A program made the translations under genes and the position numbers. A stretch of 58,289 nucleotides of DNA from Acidimicrobiales bacterium (lineage in GTDB: Bacteria; Actinomycetota; Acidimicrobiia; Acidimicrobiales; SZUA-35), in NCBI GenBank assembly GCA_020628305.1, contig JAHDFH010000005.1, positions 1 through 58,289 on the forward strand. The letters are read 5' to 3'. Below, one piece after another: positions 20,611 through 30,338 of this stretch. A model generated the notes under the pieces. The model searched no databases, had not been told where the DNA came from, and saw only the letters and a program-made list of their open reading frames with translations. The first letter of the stretch is position 1. Each line of letters opens with the position of its first letter.

Positions 20611-21600
20611 TTACGCTAACCCGAGCTCAGCTGTGACTGCCTCAGAAGAGCCTTTCGGGATCAGCTTTTGCCGCTCCATGCTGGCGGTGATGATCAACTT
20701 CAATTTGTCGGCATAACTTATACCGAGCAGCTCTGCACCCTTAGGAACTGAAGTTGAATGTCCAGGCATGGTTTGGATTTCAAGGACATACAACCCTGTC
20801 TCGTCAGAGCGAATATCAACACGGGAATAATCAACTGCATCAATAGCATCATGAGTTGCCCCAGCTAGGGCATTGAGCTGGGCGACGAGCTCCGGATCTG
20901 TGACTCGTTCGATTGCTTTTGGAAGGTTAGTTGTGAGGATAGGAACCTTAACATCCATTTTGTCGAAATTGATTTCCCGAGGCGTATAGATTCTTGGCCG
21001 AGCGTCTATTACGCCGACCGTAAACTCGCGCATCTCAGGGCCTGTCAAATACTTTTCTACCAGCACATCCTGGCGGTACTTTAATGATAGGTACGACACT
21101 CGCTCTACGAGTTCTTCATAAGACTCGACAATTGAGTTTTCACTAATTCCAAAGTGCCCACCCGAGAACTCAGGCTTAGCAAACAACGGATAGCCAATAG
21201 CGTCTGCTTGACTCCTATTAACTGGCTTATCAATTCCAGCTACAAGGTAATCTGGAGTTGGGATCTTCCGATCAATCAAAATCTCTTTGGTGTGAGCTTT
21301 GTGACGTTCCATCAAACTGGGAGCGTTGCCAGAGCCGAGAAACGGATGACCTATGGAGTCTAGTATTTCTGGGAGAAAGCCTTCCATGTCTTCTTCATTA
21401 AGATACTCAGCAACATTCACTACAAAAACTTCGCCCTGCTCAGCTTGAGAATCAACGAAGTCTTTTAGCTCGTCTGCTGAGTATGTAACTACTGATACCG
21501 TTTCCCAATTCTCTGAAATAGCGTCGCGAATCATCTTGTAGGTCGCGGGAGTACGCCAGTCCTTAGCTTCAAAATATGTTTCAACAAGAACTATTTTCAC
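20611..21600 (-). CDS. ATP-grasp domain protein (D-Ala-D-Ala ligase-like fold), substrate unknown
   Basis: GYPLFAKPEFSGGHFGIS, VLVEKYL, DYSRVDIR...LYVLEIQTMPG, all typical ATP-grasp elements. Confidence 0.7.
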   Translation of the reverse strand: MKIVLVETYFEAKDWRTPATYKMIRDAISENWETVSVVTYSADELKDFVDSQAEQGEVFVVNVAEYLNEEDMEGFLPEILDSIGHPFLGSGNAPSLMERHKAHTKEILIDRKIPTPDYLVAGIDKPVNRSQADAIGYPLFAKPEFSGGHFGISENSIVESYEELVERVSYLSLKYRQDVLVEKYLTGPEMREFTVGVIDARPRIYTPREINFDKMDVKVPILTTNLPKAIERVTDPELVAQLNALAGATHDAIDAVDYSRVDIRSDETGLYVLEIQTMPGHSTSVPKGAELLGISYADKLKLIITASMERQKLIPKGSSEAVTAELGLA

Positions 21601-21751
21601 GCAGCACCTCGCTTAGGCGACTTAAATGATCCTTAGCACAATACATGAAATCATCCAGGTCTCGCAGCAAATCTGGAATTTAGTGTCAACCAAACGAGTT
21701 AAACCCAGCGCCGTACTAACCGATACCTATATATAAGGTAAGTGATAGCAC

Positions 21752-22447
21752 ATGAGACTTGGACTACTAAACGCATACTCTCGAGAAAACGAGGCGACAA
21801 GATCGACAAGTTGTCTTGAGAGCTTTCAGGGCTTTTTCGCTACTACCCCCCACGTTGAGCTTGTTGAATATCGAGTTACAGAAAGGGAGCTGCCCGAAAC
21901 CTTCTCAGAAGACGCATACGTTCTTTCTGGAAGTTCATTTGGCGCCTACGAAGAGCTCGAATGGATTGCCACCTATGGCAGATTCTTGAAACGACTCCTT
22001 GCATCAGGAAAGAAGATCGTCGCTATTTGCTTCGGGCATCAGCTGCTAGCTCAAACACTTGGAGGCGAAGTGAAACCAGCGTCCGTTGGCTGGCTTCTTG
22101 GGCCGCACAAACTTGAGTTTGAACAAACTCTTGGCTTCATGAAACCCGAACTTACCAAAGGCACCTTCACATTCAGTAACCAAGATCAGATTAAAGATCT
22201 GCCTGACCAAGCGACTCTTGTTGCAGGGTCAAGTGATTGTCCCAACGGAATGTATGTCGTTGGTGACCAAGTCTTGGCAATGCAGTTTCATCCCGAATTC
22301 TCTAGATCCGTGATGTTGGAAAGGGTCCAGAAATTTACCTACTCAGATGATCAACAATGGCTTGATAATGTCGCCTCCCGGACCGAAGAGGCCAAGCTTG
22401 ACAATGAAGTAATCCGAGAATGGATAGTTAACTTTCTGGCCGAGTAA
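21752..22447 (+). CDS. Class I glutamine amidotransferase-like protein
   Basis: Nucleophile elbow VAICFGHQLLA and the His/Glu region MQFHPEF. Confidence 0.8.
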   Translation: MRLGLLNAYSRENEATRSTSCLESFQGFFATTPHVELVEYRVTERELPETFSEDAYVLSGSSFGAYEELEWIATYGRFLKRLLASGKKIVAICFGHQLLAQTLGGEVKPASVGWLLGPHKLEFEQTLGFMKPELTKGTFTFSNQDQIKDLPDQATLVAGSSDCPNGMYVVGDQVLAMQFHPEFSRSVMLERVQKFTYSDDQQWLDNVASRTEEAKLDNEVIREWIVNFLAE

Positions 22448-22547
22448 TCAAGCACCGAGGTCCTGGCTCGACCTTTGGTCGCCCCACGTGGACTAAGCAT
22501 TGGTTTGCAGGGCACCAAGCGCGGCAAGTTGACGCGTCCCTCTTGTC

Positions 22548-23453
22548 TTATTGGGTAAGGCCTGATTCGGCGATACGGACCACTACTGGACCAAGGGTGA
22601 GCACAAATAGGGCTGGCAACATACAGAACACCATCGGGAATGTCAGCTTGACCGGAAGACGCATGGCAGCTTCTTCTGCTTTTAGACGTTTGATCTCACG
22701 CATGTGGGTGGATTGAGTCCTAAGCACAGTTGCGATTGGCACACCAAGTTTGTCAGCCTGTTTTAGGGCAGACACAAACTGTCGAACTTCAGCTACGTCA
22801 GTTCGTTGCACTATCTGTTCCAAAGCTTCAGAGCGCTTCAACCCAAGCCTCATCGCCCGCAGAGAACGAGCAAACTCATCGATCAGCGGCCCTTCAGACA
22901 TCGACACCACACGCTTAAGCGCACTGTCGAAACCCAGTCCAGCTTCAACCACAATAGTTAGCTGGTCGAGAACTTCAGGCAGAGACGCTTTAATCTCCTT
23001 CTGTCGATCCTCTGCCTTACGGCTGACGTAGGTGTCTGGAAGAATAAAACCTACACCTGCTGCTACGAGTGTGAAGCCAATGCGGTTAACAAAACTTTCA
23101 ACAGGAGCCCAAGCAAAGGCCATCATCAGGCCGAGCAGACCTGCCATCATTTTGACACCAAGAAATGCTTCGATCGAAATCTTTGAAGACATACCAGCTA
23201 TTGCGAGCTTACGAACGTTGTCATTGATCATTCCAGCCGGAGTAATCTTCTGTCCGCGTGCTGTTAGGGAACGCATTAATGGAGCGATCATGCGATCAGT
23301 TGTTGATGTGCTTAACTGCTTAGATCGATACTCAGATAACTGCGGCTTGCGCGCTCGACGGCGAGCCGAAATTCCCTCGTCAGGCCAGAAGGCATAAACT
23401 ACAACAAAAAATGAGGCGACTACCGCTGTTGAAGCTGCGATAACAAGAATCAT
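22548..23453 (-). CDS. tadC: Tad pilus inner-membrane platform protein TadC (T2SS F-domain)
   Basis: SLPEVLDQLTIVVEAGLGFDSAL T2SSF motif, 3-4 TM segments, ATGA-coupled to the upstream gene. Confidence 0.85.
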   Translation of the reverse strand: MILVIAASTAVVASFFVVVYAFWPDEGISARRRARKPQLSEYRSKQLSTSTTDRMIAPLMRSLTARGQKITPAGMINDNVRKLAIAGMSSKISIEAFLGVKMMAGLLGLMMAFAWAPVESFVNRIGFTLVAAGVGFILPDTYVSRKAEDRQKEIKASLPEVLDQLTIVVEAGLGFDSALKRVVSMSEGPLIDEFARSLRAMRLGLKRSEALEQIVQRTDVAEVRQFVSALKQADKLGVPIATVLRTQSTHMREIKRLKAEEAAMRLPVKLTFPMVFCMLPALFVLTLGPVVVRIAESGLTQ

Positions 23454-25276
23454 AAGGACACCCCACTGACCATCTTCTTAAGCCATGCTGCTCCGCCACC
23501 AAGAAGAATCAACTCAAGGCCAGATAGGTAGTAGGCCATGCTACCGCCCCAAATTCCTTGGAAATATGCAGGGTTGACTACAAGAATTACAAGACCCAAA
23601 CCAGGAGGTAGAGCAAACAGAACTCCTGCCGACATCTTTCCTTCCGCAGCTAGCGCACTTACCTGGGCGGCAAGAGTTATTCGAGAACGGATTGTTTCTC
23701 CAACGCTTTCTAAAACTTCGACAAGGTCACCACCAATAGCGCGGTTAATATCAATTGCGTCTACAACCCATCGAAGATCCTCGCTCTCTGCCCTATCGAC
23801 CAAGGCTCGCATAGCTCCAACCAAATCACCACTAATTCGTGATTCAATGAGTACACGTTGTAGCTCTGGACCAAGTGGCTCTTCAAGCTCATTTGCTGTT
23901 GCCACAACAGCTTGCTGAAGCGAATAGCCAGCTTTCAAAGCATTCGCCAGGAGCGTCAACAAATCAGGTAGTTGATCCCCCATCTTTTTTCGGCGGCGTT
24001 TTATTTTAAATGCGATAAACATTCTTGGAGCGAATCCTCCAACAAGAGCGAATAGGACCCCTCTGAAAGTGCCACCCATCGCTAGGCCAAGAACAAAGCC
24101 AACAAAGGCGGCGGATGCACTTATTAGTACAAACTCACCTACGCGCAGCTTGATTGATGCGGCCTCAAGCTTGTCCGAGAGACCAGCCTTTTTACCCGCT
24201 CCTGTTAGCGCTGCCTCAACCGCCTGTGTGGCGCCCATACGTAAATCGTTAAAGGCATCAATCTGTGAACGTCCACCACCTTGAAAGGACCTGGCCGCAC
24301 GAGATGGAGCATTGTCATCACCCGACATCGCAGCCACGACTGCGGCTATGACTGCAGCTAGAACTAGGCCGACTCCCACCCAAAGTGTTACACCAGCTCC
24401 AATAAACGCCGGATCAGCTACTATTTCGACACTAGCCTGAGGTTGTTCAGCAAGAGCCGAAAGGCCTTCAGTACCCACTTCAACATCACGCTGCCAAGAA
24501 TAGGTGCGTCCTCCTTCTCCAGGGATCTGTAGGCTTACGTTATAGCTGTCGGCCCCCGTCACTGGAATGTTGACTACGAACTCACTTGACAAGTCGGTTG
24601 CCAATGTGGAATAAATGCCGTTCAGAGCCTGAACATTAGATGCTTCCAAGATCTCGCCGTTAGCACCTGCAAGTTCAGATAGTGTCGCAGAACTTGACTC
24701 ATCAGTTTGAAGTGCAACGGCATAGAAACGGCTTGATGAACCGTTTAGCGCGGACTGAGCAGAAGCGATGGTTCCTTGACTGGCCGTGTCGCCGCCATCG
24801 CTGAGCAGAACAACCACCTGACGTGAACTAGCAGATTGATTCCCAACCGCTGTGGTAATGCCATCATAGAGAGCAGTTTCACCTCCTGCTTCAAGTGCTT
24901 GAATAGCTGAAATTACAGCTTGGTTGTCTCCGGTCGCAGGTTGGACAACCTGGGCAGTATTGCCGAAAGACACTACCGAAATCTGGGCACTGTCCGGCAG
25001 GCTGTTCACGAAGTTCACGGCCGACTCTTTAGCTGCTGCGAGCGGTGCACCTTGCATACTTCCTGAAATGTCCATAACCAGCGAAACGCTCAGGTCTTCT
25101 GAAGCACTTCTCTGAACCTCGATTGAATCCAGAGGTTGTCCATCAACTGCTAAACGGACTGTTTCGGAAGAAACGTCACTACCACTAGGCGCACCAAAGC
25201 GAAGCTGGATATTATCTCGTTGCGATGAATCAATGCTGATTATTTCGATTGAGGAAATCTCGCTTTGAAATGCCAT
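23450..25276 (-). CDS. tadB: Fusion protein: N-terminal von Willebrand factor A domain plus C-terminal TadB-like platform (T2SS F-domain)
   Basis: MIDAS VSLVMDISGSMQG...ETALYDG...LLSDGGD, then TM GVTLWVGVGLVLAAVIAAVVAAM, then LPDLLTLLANALKAGYSLQQAV (TadB-like). Confidence 0.8.
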   Translation of the reverse strand: MAFQSEISSIEIISIDSSQRDNIQLRFGAPSGSDVSSETVRLAVDGQPLDSIEVQRSASEDLSVSLVMDISGSMQGAPLAAAKESAVNFVNSLPDSAQISVVSFGNTAQVVQPATGDNQAVISAIQALEAGGETALYDGITTAVGNQSASSRQVVVLLSDGGDTASQGTIASAQSALNGSSSRFYAVALQTDESSSATLSELAGANGEILEASNVQALNGIYSTLATDLSSEFVVNIPVTGADSYNVSLQIPGEGGRTYSWQRDVEVGTEGLSALAEQPQASVEIVADPAFIGAGVTLWVGVGLVLAAVIAAVVAAMSGDDNAPSRAARSFQGGGRSQIDAFNDLRMGATQAVEAALTGAGKKAGLSDKLEAASIKLRVGEFVLISASAAFVGFVLGLAMGGTFRGVLFALVGGFAPRMFIAFKIKRRRKKMGDQLPDLLTLLANALKAGYSLQQAVVATANELEEPLGPELQRVLIESRISGDLVGAMRALVDRAESEDLRWVVDAIDINRAIGGDLVEVLESVGETIRSRITLAAQVSALAAEGKMSAGVLFALPPGLGLVILVVNPAYFQGIWGGSMAYYLSGLELILLGGGAAWLKKMVSGVSL

Positions 25277-25278
25277 TT

Positions 25279-26688
25279 CTAGAGACCTTCAACCGTAGGA
25301 ACGAACCACTGGCCATCCACATGTCCACCATGATGGGAAATCTTTTCAGCCACTGAGGGAACGATTCCACTTGGCTGCAAAGTTGGATCGCCATTGGCGT
25401 CCAACATGTCATAGTTCAGAGTAAAGATGTCGTTGAGCGCTAACTTTTCGCCTTCCATGCCAGTCACCTCAGTAATATGACTTACAACTCTTCGGCCGTT
25501 ACGCAGACGGGTAAGCTGGCAGATCAAATCAACTGCCGAAGCCATTTGCTCTTTGATTGCTCGAGTTGGGAGATCGAAACCCGTCATCAAAACCATGGTT
25601 TCAATACGAGAAAGAGCATCTCTTGGAGTGTTGGCGTGAAGTGTCGTCAGTGATCCTTCGTGACCCGTATTCATTGCCTGAAGCATGTCTAGAGCCTCAG
25701 CGCCACGACACTCACCTACGATGATACGATCTGGGCGCATACGAAGCGAGTTTTTTACGAGCTCACGAGTACCAATGGCGCCTTTGCCTTCGATGTTAGC
25801 TGTACGACACTCCAGGCGAATAACGTGATGCTGCTTAAGCTGAAGCTCCACCGCATCCTCGATTGTGACGATGCGGTCACCGTCTTGGATAAAGGACGAC
25901 AAGCAGTTTAAGAACGTTGTCTTACCGGTACCAGTACCGCCTGACACAATTGTGTTTAGGCGGCCTTTTGTTGCAGCCTGCAAAAACTTGAGTGCTTCTG
26001 CTGTAAATGCACCCTTTTCTAACAGGTCAAAAGCTGTGAGGCCATCTTTTGAGAACTTACGGATGGTGAGGGTAGATCCATCGACGGCGAGTGGTGGAAT
26101 AACCGCATTAACACGAGAACCATCAGCAAGGCGAGCATCCACCAATGGGGATGACTCATCCACACGACGACCAATTGAAGATACGATCTTGTCAATGATC
26201 TGTCGAAGCTGGCTTTCTGAACGCATTCGAATATCAGTGAGAGTTAACTTACCGTTTCGTTCGACATAGATTGAATCCGGCCCATTTACCATGATTTCCG
26301 AAACACTCGGATCGTCGAGTAGAGCTTCCAGAGGGCCGTAGCCAAGAACGTCATTGGTTACTTCACCGATGATGCGCTTGCGCTCGTCATCATCCAACGG
26401 GATGTTGTCAGAACTGATTAGATTATTCAGCTCAGCTGTAACTTTGATACGAAGATCGCTTTGCGCAGCTTCAGACTCATCCAATGATGAATCCGACATT
26501 GCGTCTCCGACCTTCTCAACGAGCTTAAGACGGATCTTGTCGCTGAAGGACTCTATTGGGCTGATCTCCGGTTTGGTTTGTTCTTCTTGCGGCTCTTCAC
26601 GGTCAGTCTTACGACGGTTGTGAGGTTGCTCAGGTTTCTTTTTAGAAATTGAACCATCTGATTCAGCCAACATGCGTGACAAGCTCAT
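25279..26688 (-). CDS. cpaF: Tad pilus secretion ATPase CpaF/TadA
   Basis: Walker A SGGTGTGKTTFLN, TIEDAVEL, ECRGAEALDMLQAMNTGHEGSLTTLHAN. Start placed at ATG 26688 (GGAG 9 nt upstream). The ORF is open to 26757. Confidence 0.93.
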   Translation of the reverse strand: MSLSRMLAESDGSISKKKPEQPHNRRKTDREEPQEEQTKPEISPIESFSDKIRLKLVEKVGDAMSDSSLDESEAAQSDLRIKVTAELNNLISSDNIPLDDDERKRIIGEVTNDVLGYGPLEALLDDPSVSEIMVNGPDSIYVERNGKLTLTDIRMRSESQLRQIIDKIVSSIGRRVDESSPLVDARLADGSRVNAVIPPLAVDGSTLTIRKFSKDGLTAFDLLEKGAFTAEALKFLQAATKGRLNTIVSGGTGTGKTTFLNCLSSFIQDGDRIVTIEDAVELQLKQHHVIRLECRTANIEGKGAIGTRELVKNSLRMRPDRIIVGECRGAEALDMLQAMNTGHEGSLTTLHANTPRDALSRIETMVLMTGFDLPTRAIKEQMASAVDLICQLTRLRNGRRVVSHITEVTGMEGEKLALNDIFTLNYDMLDANGDPTLQPSGIVPSVAEKISHHGGHVDGQWFVPTVEGL

Positions 26689-26836
26689 AAACAAACTCCA
26701 TTTAAAGCAGTAGGACTCCAATCGACTGAAGTGTCGTACTTTCAAGCAAATCTTCAATTGATAAGGCAGTTATTAGTCCATGAGGCCTATACGGAAAGGG
26801 CCAAATATTTCCGTTAACTTTTTAGGAGGATCAAGT

Positions 26837-27247
26837 ATGTATCAAGCGGAAGAAAATGAACGCGGTGCAGTTTTGGTTGAATTTGGACTAATTGCGCCGA
26901 TCATGATTACACTTCTGCTCGGAATTGTTCAGTTCGGTTTAGTCCTCAACCAGATCCAAGGTTTACATTCAGCAGCTCGTGAAGGAGCTCGAACAGCTGC
27001 CATTCCAGCCGCCACAAATCTCGACATTGAAGAAACGGTTGAACTAGCTCTAATCGGCACTACAGGCGCCGACCCAACAATCACAATAACGCCAGAGCTT
27101 GATAATGAAGACGATAGTCCGTGCGCTGGGCGTGCAGGAGAAACAGTGGAAGTCGTACTCGACACTACCTATGAGTTAGTCGTACCCTTTGTTGCCGGAC
27201 GAACACTGAATATTCAAGGTAGGGGAAGCTTTAGATGCGAGCGGTAG
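26837..27247 (+). CDS. tadE: TadE-like pseudopilin/pilus assembly protein
   Basis: ERGAVLVEFGLIAPIMITLLLGIVQFG TadE N-terminal motif. AGGAGG SD precedes ATG 26837. Confidence 0.8.
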   Translation: MYQAEENERGAVLVEFGLIAPIMITLLLGIVQFGLVLNQIQGLHSAAREGARTAAIPAATNLDIEETVELALIGTTGADPTITITPELDNEDDSPCAGRAGETVEVVLDTTYELVVPFVAGRTLNIQGRGSFRCER

Positions 27248-28212
27248 CCAACGACAATAGCGAGCGTGGCGGTTCGCTCATATTTTTCACCATCTGTCTA
27301 ACAATGATTATTGGGTTTACCGGATTGGCTATAGATGGCGGCAGACTGTGGGTAGAACGCCGCAATCTTGTCACAGCAACTGATGCGGGAGCCTTGGCCG
27401 GAGCCTATGAATCCATCGATGGAACTAACGGCTGTGACGAGGCCGAGGATTTCGTTGATGATAACTCTCCGCAATCTGATGACTTTGATTGCCTGCTAAA
27501 CGGTGACCGTCAGGTCGGTTCAATAGAAGTGGCAGCAGAATCTGACGTTGATCTAACCTTCATGCGAATACTCGGAGCGAACTCTTCAGCCGTGCAATCC
27601 ACCACAAAAGTTGATTGGCGGCCAGATTCAGGGGGCATGAGACCATTCGGAGTCTGCGCAGAAGCCGATGGTGGAGCACCTCAAGCCTGGCTTGATGATC
27701 CAACCTATACCGTTACCTTTAGAGTCTATTTTCTACAAACAGTTGAGGCCTGCGTAGCCTCGGGTTCCGCTCCAGGCAACTGGGGAGCAGTTGACTTCAA
27801 CGGTGGTTCTAATTCGACATCAGAGTTTAATGATTGGATTCGCAATGGCTATTCCGATCCAATTAGAACCGCTGACAACACTCTGCCATGCGATCTGGAT
27901 AGCTATGGCTGTTACAGTGGTGATCCAGGCACATTCTCAAACTCAAATGGCTCTGCCTTACGAGACCTAATGAACTCAGGGGAAGAATTCACCTTTCCAA
28001 TTTTTTCCAATGCTGGCGGCACCGGCAGCAACTTTGATATGAAGATGATTGCTGTTGCAAAGGCTAGATTAGTAGACGTGAAGGTGAACGGCACCTCCGA
28101 TCGACGATATATCGATCTCGAGCTTCAAGCAGGCGGACTAGTGCAGTACCAAGACCAAGTACTCCAGAGCAAGGTTGCTATATGTGGCACCAAAAGCTTC
28201 GACGCCTGCTGA
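27235..28212 (+). CDS. tadG: TadG-like pilus assembly protein
   Basis: ERGGSLIFFTICLTMIIGFTGLAIDGGRLWVERRNLVTATDAGALAGA matches the TadG N-terminal pattern. Confidence 0.75.
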   Translation: MRAVANDNSERGGSLIFFTICLTMIIGFTGLAIDGGRLWVERRNLVTATDAGALAGAYESIDGTNGCDEAEDFVDDNSPQSDDFDCLLNGDRQVGSIEVAAESDVDLTFMRILGANSSAVQSTTKVDWRPDSGGMRPFGVCAEADGGAPQAWLDDPTYTVTFRVYFLQTVEACVASGSAPGNWGAVDFNGGSNSTSEFNDWIRNGYSDPIRTADNTLPCDLDSYGCYSGDPGTFSNSNGSALRDLMNSGEEFTFPIFSNAGGTGSNFDMKMIAVAKARLVDVKVNGTSDRRYIDLELQAGGLVQYQDQVLQSKVAICGTKSFDAC

Positions 28213-28217
28213 TTTAG

Positions 28218-29402
28218 TTACTTTCGTCGTTTTCGAGAAGACTTCTCAGGAACACTAGGGCCATCTGCTTGAAGGCCTGCAACCGCGTCTATAAGCTCGC
28301 GTATTGCAGCCTGAGCTTGTCCTTTAACCGCAGTTTCTAGAAAAGGTATACCCTGGTTACCTGCAACTGGAATACTGCGATCATAGGCGACCGTGTAACT
28401 AATGGGCATCATCAGTACAGCTTCAGCGCTGCCAGTGTCCATACCAGTCTTAGGGTCATTCTTGTTAAGCACTATGTGCTTCTTGTGGTTTACAAGATTC
28501 AAGGCAGAAAAGGCCTCCAAGTGCCGTTGCATCGCCCGAATTGCTCCAACTTCTGGTGATAGTACAGCAACCAAGTCGCTGGCTGCTGCTACAGCATCGA
28601 TAGTTGCATCAGTTGATCCGGGGCCTGTGTCGAGCACAACGTATTTGAAGGACTCACCAAGAACTTCAATGACTTCCTTTATTGCGCCTTCTTCAATTCG
28701 TTCAATTTCAGAAATGCTGTTCGGCGCTGGCAGTACTAGCAAGCCGGAAGGATGTTGGCTGAGACTTAACTTCATACCAGTTGCATCTTTGAGCGACTGA
28801 GTATTAGCAACACTTGCAATGCTTGACTCAGCGTCAATCTGTAGCAGATCAGCCACTTCGCCTGCAAATAAATCCAGGTCTACAAGCACTACTTCATTCG
28901 GCGCTAGACGAGCCAGTTCAAATGCAATGTTGACTGCCATTGTGGTTTTACCAGAGCCACCTTTAGGCCCAAAGACCGTGATGATTCCTCGATCATTAGC
29001 ATCACCAGTGGCTTGTTGAATGTGTTGAGTTAGGAGTCGTTTGGCTTCAGCGATGAGGCTGATGCTTCGTTTAAGTTCTTCTATCCCTTGTTCTGGGGCA
29101 ACAACGTCTCTTAAGCCTTCCTTCATAGCCCTTGCCAGAAACGACCCGTCTGCGGGGCAGTAAGCTACAACATCGATCTCAGGGTGAGTTGCTCTCATTC
29201 GCTTAGATATTTCGAAAATCAGATCTTGAGGTAGTTCGGGACCCAATACAAGAACTTCAGCTCGCTGTTTTGAGACATGCTCTACAAGCTCATGAATTTC
29301 TTCAACTCGTTTACCTAATTCAGACATGACAGAAACCTTATGGTCACCATCAAGTTCAAGAGCGGCGAGCTCTTCTTCTCTGGATAGTACAAGTACTTTC
29401 AT
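28218..29402 (-). CDS. cpaE: CpaE/TadZ-like ParA/MinD-family ATPase with N-terminal receiver-like domain
   Basis: Deviant Walker A GPKGGSGKTTMAVNIA, VLVDLD, and a receiver-like N-terminus. Confidence 0.85.
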   Translation of the reverse strand: MKVLVLSREEELAALELDGDHKVSVMSELGKRVEEIHELVEHVSKQRAEVLVLGPELPQDLIFEISKRMRATHPEIDVVAYCPADGSFLARAMKEGLRDVVAPEQGIEELKRSISLIAEAKRLLTQHIQQATGDANDRGIITVFGPKGGSGKTTMAVNIAFELARLAPNEVVLVDLDLFAGEVADLLQIDAESSIASVANTQSLKDATGMKLSLSQHPSGLLVLPAPNSISEIERIEEGAIKEVIEVLGESFKYVVLDTGPGSTDATIDAVAAASDLVAVLSPEVGAIRAMQRHLEAFSALNLVNHKKHIVLNKNDPKTGMDTGSAEAVLMMPISYTVAYDRSIPVAGNQGIPFLETAVKGQAQAAIRELIDAVAGLQADGPSVPEKSSRKRRK

Positions 29403-29410
29403 CGCAAATC

Positions 29411-30274
29411 TTATCCTTCCGCTGGTTCTATTACTTCTTCATCTGTAGGTTCTTCAGACTCTACAGTTTCTGTTTCATCTACTTCGGCGAGTGTTTCTGG
29501 TTGCGCCGCAAGCGCTGGGATTCCAAAGAAGTTTCCGTAGTTAGCGGGCTCAGTTGGAGACTCCGGAGCCAGTGAAGGTTCTCTAACCATCCACAGTGAG
29601 GTGTTCTCAGCGGCAAAGGTAAGTTTTTGAGTATCGGCTGGATTCAAAGCAAATGTAAGCAGGAAGTCACTTTGTGGAGCTGAACGGTCACGTTCGGTTG
29701 AATCCCCTTCAGTTAGTGTGAACTCGGCAGATTGGACATTTACAAGTAGAGCATCTCGCAGCACGATACGAGTCTCTGTTGGAACAGCGAGCGACGGATC
29801 TGTTCCAACTTCTGAGGTGGCGATAACTGCAACCCTATCTCCTGGGCTTAGCTGTCCACCCACGGCACGTTCCGCTCCAACCTGAACTGTAATTTCGAAC
29901 AAGCCTTCAGGCACTGACTGTCCCAGACCAGCGATGGTTCTGATGGCGCTATCGGTAAAGCGAGATTCAATTAGCTGCTCACCAGGAACAATATCGACTG
30001 ATGTCTGTAGATTGCCCAGAGCCGACAGATCAGTAACGGATCCCTCAGCCCTTGCATTGATTGGCACCTGAGTCTCTTCGACAAAGTCTGCGATAACCGC
30101 AGCTGAAGTTCCCGCTGGAATCTCTGACCGAGCCATAAACACTGTCACTAGCTCTGTACCCGCCAAGGCACGTTCTTCACTTGCTTGGACGTACCTTACG
30201 AGTAGGAAGACGCCTCCTAGACCCAGAATTGCGGCCACTATGAGCGCTACGGCTCTCTTCGAATCACCTTGCAT
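29411..30274 (-). CDS. cpaB: Flp pilus assembly protein CpaB/RcpC
   Basis: N-terminal TM, SAF-like ARSEIPAGTSAA, then the RcpC-type region. Acidic C-terminal tail. Confidence 0.8.
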   Translation of the reverse strand: MQGDSKRAVALIVAAILGLGGVFLLVRYVQASEERALAGTELVTVFMARSEIPAGTSAAVIADFVEETQVPINARAEGSVTDLSALGNLQTSVDIVPGEQLIESRFTDSAIRTIAGLGQSVPEGLFEITVQVGAERAVGGQLSPGDRVAVIATSEVGTDPSLAVPTETRIVLRDALLVNVQSAEFTLTEGDSTERDRSAPQSDFLLTFALNPADTQKLTFAAENTSLWMVREPSLAPESPTEPANYGNFFGIPALAAQPETLAEVDETETVESEEPTDEEVIEPAEG

Positions 30275-30338
30275 AGTTCTAACCTCTACCCCTCTTAACG
30301 GCAGAAGGTTTCTCTAAATAAGGCTTTCTGGTAAAGAT

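Noticed and set aside
22470-22547. Palindromes CCACGTGG and GACGCGTC in the convergent gap between the GATase gene and tadC, considered as a bidirectional terminator.
   Set aside because: The stems are short (5 bp or less once extended) and no U-tract follows on either strand.
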